Below, piece by piece: positions 49,950 through 57,842 of a stretch of DNA of 64,000 nt (the first letter of the stretch is position 1; each line of letters opens with the position of its first letter). Made by a program: the position numbers and the translations under genes. Location: positions 320,001-384,000 of the forward strand of contig OZ243916.1 of the NCBI GenBank assembly GCA_965213675.1, written 5' to 3'. Source of the DNA: an uncultured Candidatus Binatia bacterium (lineage in GTDB: Bacteria > Desulfobacterota > Binatia > UBA9968 > JAJDTQ01). The notes under the pieces were generated by a model. The model did not search any database. It was not told the DNA's origin and saw only the letters and a list, made by a program, of their open reading frames with translations.

Positions 49950-50654
49950 TCAGATGCCGCTCGGCGTGGCCTCCCGTCCCCGCAGGACGATGTCGAACCG
50001 GTAGGCCAGCGCCCACTCGGGGGCGGTGTTCTCCAGATCGAGACTGGCCACCAGCCTTGCCCGGGCGCGGGCATCCGGAATCGAGTTGAAGATCGCGTCG
50101 CTGTCGAGCAGCGGGTCGCCCGGAAAGTACATCTGCGTGATCAGGCGCGTGGCGAAGGCCGGGCCGAAGAGCGAGAAATGGATGTGCGCTGGGCGCCATG
50201 CGTTGGCGTCGTTGCCCCAAGGGTACGCGGCCGGCTTGATGGTCACGAACCGGTAGCTGCCCTGCGCATCCGTGGCGCAGCGCCCGCCGCCGCTGAAGTT
50301 GGGGTCGAGCGGGGCCGGGTGGTTGTCGGCGTCATGGCGGTAGCGCCCGGCGGCATTGGCCTGCCAGATCTCCATGAGCGCGTCGGGCAACGGCTTGCCG
50401 TTGGTGTCCATGACCCGCCCAAAGACGATGATCCGCTCGCCCAACGGCTCCCCGTCGTGTTGCCGGGTGAGGTCGTGGTCCAACGGCCCGACCTTTTCGT
50501 GTCCGTACACCGGCCCGGTGATCTCCGACAGCGTATGCGGCAACGGCGCCAGCGGCCGCTTGGGCGCCCGCAGCGCCGTGGAACGGTAGGCGGGGTGAAG
50601 GTAGGGCGGTTGTTCCACCGCCGGGTCACGCTTGTACGCAATGGGTCGATCCAT
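49950..50654 (-). CDS. pcaH: Protocatechuate 3,4-dioxygenase beta subunit
   Basis: YRSTALRAPK, SEITGP, WQANAAGRYRH, YPWGN..NAWRPAHIHFS. Confidence 0.95.
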   Translation of the reverse strand: MDRPIAYKRDPAVEQPPYLHPAYRSTALRAPKRPLAPLPHTLSEITGPVYGHEKVGPLDHDLTRQHDGEPLGERIIVFGRVMDTNGKPLPDALMEIWQANAAGRYRHDADNHPAPLDPNFSGGGRCATDAQGSYRFVTIKPAAYPWGNDANAWRPAHIHFSLFGPAFATRLITQMYFPGDPLLDSDAIFNSIPDARARARLVASLDLENTAPEWALAYRFDIVLRGREATPSGI

Positions 50655-50679
50655 CGTCGCCTCGCTTTCTGCAAAACGA

Positions 50680-51867
50680 TTACGCCGTGTGCCGGGGCTT
50701 GTAAAGCAGCGCCACTGCCGCGCCCGTGAGCGTCAGCGCCCCCACCCAGACGAAGCCTTGGGGGAAGCCCCCGAGGTCGCCCATGAATCCCAGGAACCAG
50801 GGGATGCCGCCGCCGCCGATGACGAAGGCCGTGGGCACCACCAGGGACACGGCGGTGCCGCGGGTATGGGCGTCGCCCAGCGCGGACAGGGCGGTGAAGC
50901 CCGCGGGGAAAAAGCCCACCGCCACCGAGGGCTGGATGATGACCGCCACCGCGAGCCAGGCGTCCGGCGCCAGGCCCACCAGCGCCACGGTCATGCCGCT
51001 GAGGGTCAGGGTCACCGACAGGGTGCGGCGCACGCCGAAGCGGTCGGCGGCCCAGCCGGCCGCCAGGGCCAGAAACGGACACGCGCCGCGGGACAGCCCC
51101 ACCAGGGTGTTGGCCCACGCTTCGTCGAGGCCCCGCGCCGACACCAGATAGAGCGGCAACATCGTGAATACGCCCAGGGTGATGGCGACGCCCATGATGA
51201 ACAGCACCAGCACGACCCATAGCATGGGGTCCTTGAGAAAACGCCGGACGACGGTCAGCGCGGGAGGCACCCCCGGAAACTTGCCGCCGCGTCCGAGCAC
51301 CGCGTAGAGGCCGCTGGACAGGACGGTGACGAGGCCGAAGCGGAAGAGGATGGAACGCCAGGACAGGCTGCGCAGAAGCAGCTCCCCCAGCAGCGGCACC
51401 GCCACGAAGCTCGCGTTGGGCGCCAGTTCGTGAATGGAGATGGCCTTGCCCCAGTGGGGCCGGCTCACCAGCGACGTGATGGTGGCGATGGCCGAGGGCA
51501 GGTACAGCCCCGCGCCCAGCCCCATGGCGAAGACTCCCAGGCGCATGCCGTTCAGGTCCGGCGCCCCCGCCACCGCCATGGCGGACAGGCCCAGGAAAGC
51601 AAAGGACAGCACGATGGTACGGTGGTGCGTCAACCGGGACGAGACGTACCCGGCCGCGGTCATGGCCGTGAGGTAGCCGGCGGAGATGAACAGGAACAGC
51701 ATGCCGGCCTGGGCGTGGCTGATGCCCAGTTCCGCTTCCACGGTGGGCAGCAGCGGCGCCAGGATCACGCGGCCGGTGAAGTTCAACAGGAAGATCGCCG
51801 CCATCAGCAGCACGGCGGGCGCCTGCCGGCGGAAGGCGGCGTCGAGCGCCTGAACGATCTCTGCCAT
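50680..51867 (-). CDS. MFS transporter
   Basis: 395 aa, about 12 TM segments, GWAADRFG motif. Confidence 0.88.
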   Translation of the reverse strand: MAEIVQALDAAFRRQAPAVLLMAAIFLLNFTGRVILAPLLPTVEAELGISHAQAGMLFLFISAGYLTAMTAAGYVSSRLTHHRTIVLSFAFLGLSAMAVAGAPDLNGMRLGVFAMGLGAGLYLPSAIATITSLVSRPHWGKAISIHELAPNASFVAVPLLGELLLRSLSWRSILFRFGLVTVLSSGLYAVLGRGGKFPGVPPALTVVRRFLKDPMLWVVLVLFIMGVAITLGVFTMLPLYLVSARGLDEAWANTLVGLSRGACPFLALAAGWAADRFGVRRTLSVTLTLSGMTVALVGLAPDAWLAVAVIIQPSVAVGFFPAGFTALSALGDAHTRGTAVSLVVPTAFVIGGGGIPWFLGFMGDLGGFPQGFVWVGALTLTGAAVALLYKPRHTA

Positions 51868-51990
51868 GGCGCTCTTTGTACCAGATGTGCGACGCCATGG
51901 CGCCGTTTTCCAGGGTTGCGGGTTGACACCCCGAATGATCCGACGATACAGTTTGCCGGTGCCGAAAAAACTTTCTCGCAGGAGGTGTCA

Positions 51991-53013
51991 ATGAGAGTTC
52001 TTACCGCCATGGCCGCCTTGTTGCTGGCCATTGTGATGTCAGGTCCGCTTCATGGCGCGGATGATTTCTACAAGGACAAGAAGATCCGGCTCATCGTGTC
52101 GTCGTCGCCGGGTGGCGGCAACGATACGTACTCGCGGCTTATCGCCCGGCATATCTCCCGGCATATTCCGGGCAACCCTTCGATCATCGTCCAGAACATG
52201 CCCGGCGCCGGCGGCGTGATGGCCGCGGACTACCTGTACCGCAAGGCCAAGCGCGACGGCAGCGTGATGGAGCAGATCAACTGGGGCGTGTGGTTTCATC
52301 AGGTTGTCGGTGACAAGCGCGCGCGCTTCGACTTCAACAAGATGAACGCCTTGGGCGTCGCGGCCATCGAGAGCGCGATCCTGTTCACCCGCAAGAGCGA
52401 GTTTCCCACCTGGGAATCGGTGATGGCGGCCAAGAAGCCCATCACCAACGGCAACAGCGGTCGCCAGTCGTTGGGGCATACCATGGGCAAGGTGATGGAA
52501 AAGCTCGTGGGCAAGAAGATCTTCGACTACATCTTCGGGTATCCCGGCGCCCGGCAGTACAGCCTCGCGTTCCGGCAGGGTGAGGTGCAGTCTTCGGGCA
52601 ACACTCCGGGCTCGTTCAGGGATCAGCTCGGCGACATGTGGGACGAGGGCAAGGTCGCCATGCTGGTGCAGGCGCCCACGCCCGAGGGGGGACGCACCAA
52701 GGACTTCCCGAACACGCCGACCCTGCTGGATTTCGCCAAGACCGATGAGCACCAGGAACTCATCAAGGCGACCTTCGGACTCACGCATTACGGCCGCCCG
52801 TATGCCATGCCCCCGGGGGTGCCCAAGGACCGTGTCGAGGTGCTGCGCAAGGCCTTCACCGCCACCATGAACGACCCCAAGTTCCTGGCCGAGGCCAAGC
52901 GCCTCAAGCGGGATATCATTCCCTCCACCGGCGCCGAGCTCCAGCAACTGTGGAAGGATGTCCTCAACGCGCCCGCCGAAACCACGGCCATCATCAAGGA
53001 CATTTGGCTCTAG
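51991..53013 (+). CDS. Tripartite tricarboxylate transporter substrate-binding protein (TctC/Bug), paralog 1
   Basis: Signal peptide, SPGGGNDTY.R, NMPGAGG, GRPY..PPGVP; AGGAGG RBS; upstream TTGACA-N18-TACAGT. Confidence 0.88.
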   Translation: MRVLTAMAALLLAIVMSGPLHGADDFYKDKKIRLIVSSSPGGGNDTYSRLIARHISRHIPGNPSIIVQNMPGAGGVMAADYLYRKAKRDGSVMEQINWGVWFHQVVGDKRARFDFNKMNALGVAAIESAILFTRKSEFPTWESVMAAKKPITNGNSGRQSLGHTMGKVMEKLVGKKIFDYIFGYPGARQYSLAFRQGEVQSSGNTPGSFRDQLGDMWDEGKVAMLVQAPTPEGGRTKDFPNTPTLLDFAKTDEHQELIKATFGLTHYGRPYAMPPGVPKDRVEVLRKAFTATMNDPKFLAEAKRLKRDIIPSTGAELQQLWKDVLNAPAETTAIIKDIWL

Positions 53014-53046
53014 TCCGCGTGAAACCACGTGGAGGGCTGTTTCAGG

Positions 53047-53081
53047 AAGGCGCCGGGAACCGCGTTCCCGGCGCCTTTGTT
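53047..53081 (+). terminator. Intrinsic terminator after tctC-1
   Basis: AAGGCGCCGGGAAC-CGC-GTTCCCGGCGCCTT followed by TGTT. Confidence 0.7.
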
Positions 53082-53152
53082 CTGATGCGCGGATGTCCAC
53101 ACGACCATCCCACGCCAGGACCCCCTCAATCCTGGATGCTCCGGCGCCCTTG

Positions 53153-53182
53153 TTGACAGGGTTGCGAGGACCTCCCTATAAT
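53153..53182 (+). promoter_or_regulatory. Consensus sigma70 promoter of tctC-2
   Basis: TTGACA-N18-TATAAT. Confidence 0.75.
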
Positions 53183-53274
53183 GCCCGGCTCATGCCCGGA
53201 ACTTCCGGGCGGCGGTCCGGTGATGGGTCTGGAGCACGCTTCCGGACTTCGGCAAAAAAAACTGGGAGGTACTC

Positions 53275-54315
53275 ATGAAGGCAGTTTTGGGTCTGGCGAC
53301 GCTCGCGCTCTTCCTGTTCGGCGCGGGTCCGGCAACGGCGGCGGATTTCTACGAGGGCAAGAAGATACGGCTGATCGTTTCGTCATCGCCCGGCGGCGGC
53401 AACGACACGTATTCGCGGCTGCTGGCGCGCCATATCGGCACCCATATTCCGGGAAACCCGACGATCATCGTGCAGAACATGCCGGGAGCCGGCGGCGTCC
53501 GGGCGGCCAGCTACATCTACAACAAGGCCAAGCGCGACGGCACCGTGATGGAGCAGATCAACTGGGGCGTGTGGAACTGGCAGGTAGTGGGCGACAAGGC
53601 TCGTGGCGGCCAGTTCGACTTCAACAAGATGCAGGCCATCGGCGTGATCGTCATCGAGAACGGCCTGCTGTACAGCCGCAAGGACCGTTTCAAAACGCTC
53701 GATGATATCAAGAACTCGGGCAAGCCTGCCCGGGTGGGCATCAGCGGCAACCAGTCCAGCGGGTTCGTGCTCGGGAACATCGTCGAGAGGCTGCGCGACG
53801 AAAAGTTGTTCGAGTACGTCTTCGGCTATCCCGGCGCGCGCCAGTACAGCCTCGCGTTCCGGCAGGGTGAGGTGGACGTCTCCGGCAACGTGTCCTCGTC
53901 TTTCCTGGATCAGCTCGGGGACATGTGGAAGGCGGGGGACATCGTCATGCTCGCCCAGACCGGCACGGTGGAGGGCAAGAAGAGTCCGGAGTTCCCCAAC
54001 GCGCCCTTGCTCGAGGAGATGGCCAAGACCGAGAAGCAGAAGAATCTGGTGCGGGCGACCTTTCTGCTGTCGCGCTACGGACGTCCGTACGCCATGCCTC
54101 CCGGAGTTCCCGCGGACCGCGTGGCGCTCGTGCGCAAGGCCTTCGATGACACCATGAAGGATCCGAAGTTCCTGGCCGAGGCCAAGAAGCTGAAGCGGCC
54201 CGTCAGGCCGACGAGCGGTCAGGCCCTTCAGAAGATGTGGAAGGATTCGCTGGGCGCTTCACCGGAAGACAAGGCCATCGTCAAGCAGATATTCAACCCC
54301 CCGGGCAAGAAGTAG
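53275..54315 (+). CDS. TctC/Bug substrate-binding protein, paralog 2
   Basis: Same motifs as paralog 1; GGGAGG RBS. Confidence 0.88.
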   Translation: MKAVLGLATLALFLFGAGPATAADFYEGKKIRLIVSSSPGGGNDTYSRLLARHIGTHIPGNPTIIVQNMPGAGGVRAASYIYNKAKRDGTVMEQINWGVWNWQVVGDKARGGQFDFNKMQAIGVIVIENGLLYSRKDRFKTLDDIKNSGKPARVGISGNQSSGFVLGNIVERLRDEKLFEYVFGYPGARQYSLAFRQGEVDVSGNVSSSFLDQLGDMWKAGDIVMLAQTGTVEGKKSPEFPNAPLLEEMAKTEKQKNLVRATFLLSRYGRPYAMPPGVPADRVALVRKAFDDTMKDPKFLAEAKKLKRPVRPTSGQALQKMWKDSLGASPEDKAIVKQIFNPPGKK

Positions 54316-54339
54316 TGCCCGGACTGCCGGGGCGCCGCA

Positions 54340-54380
54340 ACAAAGGGCGCCGGGGACATCCGATCCCCGGCGCCCTTTGT
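54340..54380 (+). terminator. Hairpin terminator after tctC-2
   Basis: ACAAAGGGCGCCGGGGA-N7-TCCCCGGCGCCCTTTGT. Confidence 0.7.
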
Positions 54381-54485
54381 CTTGGAGTCCGTCTGGCCAG
54401 CGTTTCATCTTGCCTTTTCCAGGTGCTTGATGCAGGATGCGCGCGTGACGAATCCTTCGAAGTTTTCTCAAGCCGGGAGGTAAAC

Positions 54486-55526
54486 ATGCAGACTTTAGTG
54501 AGCTTGATGTTGCTCGTGCTCGTCCTGTTCGGCGCCGGTTCGGCCGGGGCGGCGGACTTTTACGAGGGCAAGAAGATCCGGTTGATCGTTTCGTCATCGC
54601 CCGGCGGCGGCAACGATACGTATTCGCGGCTGCTGGCGCGCCATATCGGCAACCATATTCCGGGAAACCCGACGATCATCGTGCAGAACATGCCGGGAGC
54701 GGGCGGTGTGCGGGCGGCGAGTTATCTCTACAACAAGGCGAAGCGCGACGGCACCGTCATGGAGCAGATCAATTGGGGGGTGTGGAACTGGCAGGTGGTG
54801 GGGGACAAGAGCCGTGGCGGCCAGTTCGACTTCAACAAGATGAACGCCGTCGGCGTCATCGTCATCGAGAACGGTCTGTTCTACAGCCGCAAGGACCGGT
54901 TCAAATCGCTGGACGAGATCGAGAAGTCGGGCAGGCTGGCCACGGTCGGTATTAGCGGAAACCAATCCGGCGGGTTTGTGATGGGCAACATCCTGGAGAA
55001 GTTGCGCGGCAAGAAGCTGTTCGAGTACGTCTTCGGTTACCCGGGCGCGCGGCAGTACAGTCTGGCGTTGCGGCAGGGGGAGGTGGACACCTCCGGCAAC
55101 GTAACCTCGTCGTTCCTGGACCAACTCGGCGACATGTGGCAGGCCGGAGAGTTGGTCATGCTCGCCCAGACCGGCACGGTGGAAGGAAAGAAGGCTCCCG
55201 AGTTTCCCGACGCTCCATTGCTCGAGGACATGGCCAAGACCGAGAAGCAGAAGAATCTCGTGCGCGCCACCTTCCTGCTGTCGCGCTACGGCCGTCCCTA
55301 CACCCTTCCGCCGGGCGTCCCTGCGGAGCGGGTCGCCTTGGTGCGCCAAGCCTTTGACGCGACCATGAAGGACCCGAAGTTCCTGGCGGAGGCCAAGAAG
55401 CTCAAGCGGCCCGTCAACCCAACGACCGGCGTCAACCTCCAGAAGATGTGGAGGGACTCGCTCGATGCCTCTCCGGAAGACAAGGCCATCGTGGCGCAGA
55501 TATTCAACCCCAAGGGGAAGAAGTAG
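54486..55526 (+). CDS. TctC/Bug substrate-binding protein, paralog 3
   Basis: Largely identical to paralog 2; GGGAGG RBS. Confidence 0.88.
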   Translation: MQTLVSLMLLVLVLFGAGSAGAADFYEGKKIRLIVSSSPGGGNDTYSRLLARHIGNHIPGNPTIIVQNMPGAGGVRAASYLYNKAKRDGTVMEQINWGVWNWQVVGDKSRGGQFDFNKMNAVGVIVIENGLFYSRKDRFKSLDEIEKSGRLATVGISGNQSGGFVMGNILEKLRGKKLFEYVFGYPGARQYSLALRQGEVDTSGNVTSSFLDQLGDMWQAGELVMLAQTGTVEGKKAPEFPDAPLLEDMAKTEKQKNLVRATFLLSRYGRPYTLPPGVPAERVALVRQAFDATMKDPKFLAEAKKLKRPVNPTTGVNLQKMWRDSLDASPEDKAIVAQIFNPKGKK

Positions 55527-55563
55527 CGCAGCGTTGGCCCGGTTTGCCTTGGGTGAACGAATG

Positions 55564-55604
55564 AAGGGGCGTCGCGGACATCAGGTCCGCGGCGCCCCTT
55601 TTTT
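55564..55604 (+). terminator. Intrinsic terminator after tctC-3
   Basis: AAGGGGCGTCGCGGAC-ATCAG-GTCCGCGGCGCCCC followed by a T run. Confidence 0.75.
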
Positions 55605-55670
55605 ATCCACCAGGCATGGCCACGACCGGCGGAAGGCGGATGGTTGGGGGGCGGAGGAAACCGCCGGTTC

Positions 55671-56186
55671 TCAGCCCAGCCAGGGCATGAGCACCCGGAG
55701 GAGATTCTCGGGACCGGCGATCACCGGCTCGAGCCAGTGGATGTGCAGGATCTGATCGAACACGCCCACGAAGAATACCAGCATCCCCGCGGTGAGCCAC
55801 AGGGTCAACGCCCACGCTTCTTTTGCCTGATACCTGAGGTACAGCAGCGTGAATACCGGCACGGTGATGAAGAAGCCCAGCAGCAGGATGCCGAAGAACA
55901 TGCCCAGGAGCCACGCGGAAAAGGTCAGACCGCCGGCCGCCACGTCCGCGGTGGACATGGTCCAGTCCACCTGCAAGTCGCCGGTTTCCCGCGTGCCCGG
56001 GCCGGAAGTCTTCATGGACCGGTAGGCGTCCATGACTAGCTGAATCAGCGCCATGATGAGCACGGGGACGCCCACGGAGCGCGGAAACATTCCCGTGCCC
56101 AGGGGCCAGTCCTTGGCGGTGTAGACCATGCCGGCGGCGACCAGCGCGACGAGCAGCGTGAACAGCAGCGAGGGTGTGACGCGCAT
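55671..56186 (-). CDS. tctB: Tripartite tricarboxylate transporter small membrane subunit
   Basis: 4-5 TM segments, MFP and LLGF motifs; directly downstream of tctA. Confidence 0.82.
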   Translation of the reverse strand: MRVTPSLLFTLLVALVAAGMVYTAKDWPLGTGMFPRSVGVPVLIMALIQLVMDAYRSMKTSGPGTRETGDLQVDWTMSTADVAAGGLTFSAWLLGMFFGILLLGFFITVPVFTLLYLRYQAKEAWALTLWLTAGMLVFFVGVFDQILHIHWLEPVIAGPENLLRVLMPWLG

Positions 56187-56188
56187 GA

Positions 56189-57679
56189 CTACTCTCCTCC
56201 CGCCGCAAGTTGCCGGACCTTACGCTCCTGCTTGACGCTGTAGTAGATGGTCGCGATGGTCACGGCGAGCACGACCAGGACCAGCGGCCGGAGGAGGAAC
56301 GCGGCGCCGTAGGCGCGGACCGAAATGAACAGGTACCGTTCGATGAGCCCGCCGAGCAGGAATCCCAGGAGCAGCGGCGGCCGCGGCCAGCCGCATCGCT
56401 TCATGACCCAGCCCAACAGCCCGAACAGCAGCACCGTCACGAGGTCGAAGATGCTCGCCGTCGCCTGGTACGCGGCCAGGAAGACCACCACGGTCACCAG
56501 CGGCGCCAGGATGTTGATGCGCACGGAGGAGATCTTGGCCAGTTGATTGGTGAAGCAAAGGGCGATGGCCGTGGCCATGATGTTGGAGATGGCTGTGCTC
56601 CACACGATGGCGTAGGTGATGTCCAGATGCTGGTTGAGCATGGCCGGGCCCGGTTGCAGGCCGTGAATCATGAAGGCGCCGATGAGCAGGGCCATGGAGG
56701 CGCTGCCCGGAATGCCGAACGCCAGCGTCGGCACCAGCGCGCCGCCCTGCTTGGCGTTGTTGGCGCTCTCCGGAGCGATGACGCCGCGGACGTCGCCGGT
56801 GCCGAAGGTCAATGCCGCATCCTTGCAACTGGACTTGGCGTGTCCGTAGGCGAGCCAGTCCACCACAGCGGAGCCCAGGCCAGGGATGATGCCCACCCAG
56901 GTGCCCAGGAAGGCGCAGCGGAGCATCAGCCACCAGTTGGCGAACACGTCGCGAATGCCGTGACCCACGCCCTTCATGGCTTGCTTGGGCACGCTGCTGA
57001 TCTGCTTGCCTTCGATGACCATGTCGGCCAGTTCGGGAAGGGCGAACAGGCCGAGACTCACCACGATGATGTTGAGCCCGTCGAACAGGTAGAGAGAGTC
57101 CATGGTCCAGCGCAGCAGCCCTTCCTGCTTGTCGATGCCGATCATGGAGAGCATCAGCCCCATGCCGCCGGCGACGATGCCCTTGAGGGGGACACGCCCG
57201 CTCAGGATCGCCACCATGGAGATGCCCATGATTCCCAGGGAGAACAGCTCGGGCGCCGCGAACAGCAGCACCAGCGGCTTGAGCACGGGAATGAGCATGC
57301 CGAGGATGAAGGCGCCGATGATGCCGCCGAGGAGAGACGAGAAGTACGCCGCGCCGAAGGCCCGGCCCGCCTCGCCCTTGCGCGCCATGGGGTGGCCGTC
57401 CAGGATGGTGGCTTGGGAGCCCACCGTGCCCGGAACCGCGAACAGGACCGACGGGATGGTATCGGTGGTGACCGGAACCGAGGACAGGGCCACCAGCATG
57501 GCAATGGCCGCGGTGGCATCCATGTCGAACGTGAACGGCAGCAACAGGGCCAGGCCGACGACACCGCCCAGCCCGGGAATGGCTCCCAGCGCCATGCCCA
57601 CGACGACTCCGAAAGTCATGAAGAGAAGCCGTTCCACGCTGAGCAGCGCGGTCAGGCCATCGGCCATTGCTTCAAACAC
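56189..57679 (-). CDS. tctA: Tripartite tricarboxylate transporter permease
   Basis: GAIPGLGG, DGHPMARKGEAGRA, APESANNA, PTLAFGIPGS, GLQPGP. Confidence 0.93.
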   Translation of the reverse strand: MFEAMADGLTALLSVERLLFMTFGVVVGMALGAIPGLGGVVGLALLLPFTFDMDATAAIAMLVALSSVPVTTDTIPSVLFAVPGTVGSQATILDGHPMARKGEAGRAFGAAYFSSLLGGIIGAFILGMLIPVLKPLVLLFAAPELFSLGIMGISMVAILSGRVPLKGIVAGGMGLMLSMIGIDKQEGLLRWTMDSLYLFDGLNIIVVSLGLFALPELADMVIEGKQISSVPKQAMKGVGHGIRDVFANWWLMLRCAFLGTWVGIIPGLGSAVVDWLAYGHAKSSCKDAALTFGTGDVRGVIAPESANNAKQGGALVPTLAFGIPGSASMALLIGAFMIHGLQPGPAMLNQHLDITYAIVWSTAISNIMATAIALCFTNQLAKISSVRINILAPLVTVVVFLAAYQATASIFDLVTVLLFGLLGWVMKRCGWPRPPLLLGFLLGGLIERYLFISVRAYGAAFLLRPLVLVVLAVTIATIYYSVKQERKVRQLAAGGE

Positions 57680-57842
57680 GTCGTGCTCCTAGCTTCGCTT
57701 GGAATGCGCCATGGAAGGCTGGGCTGTGATCCACATTCGCGGATTTCAGCCGCGTTACATAACGGTTTGACGTGGACTCTGTCAAACGAAGAGCTTGATT
57801 TCTCTGAAGAAAACGCCCGCGCCGGTGACGGTGGCCGCGGCG

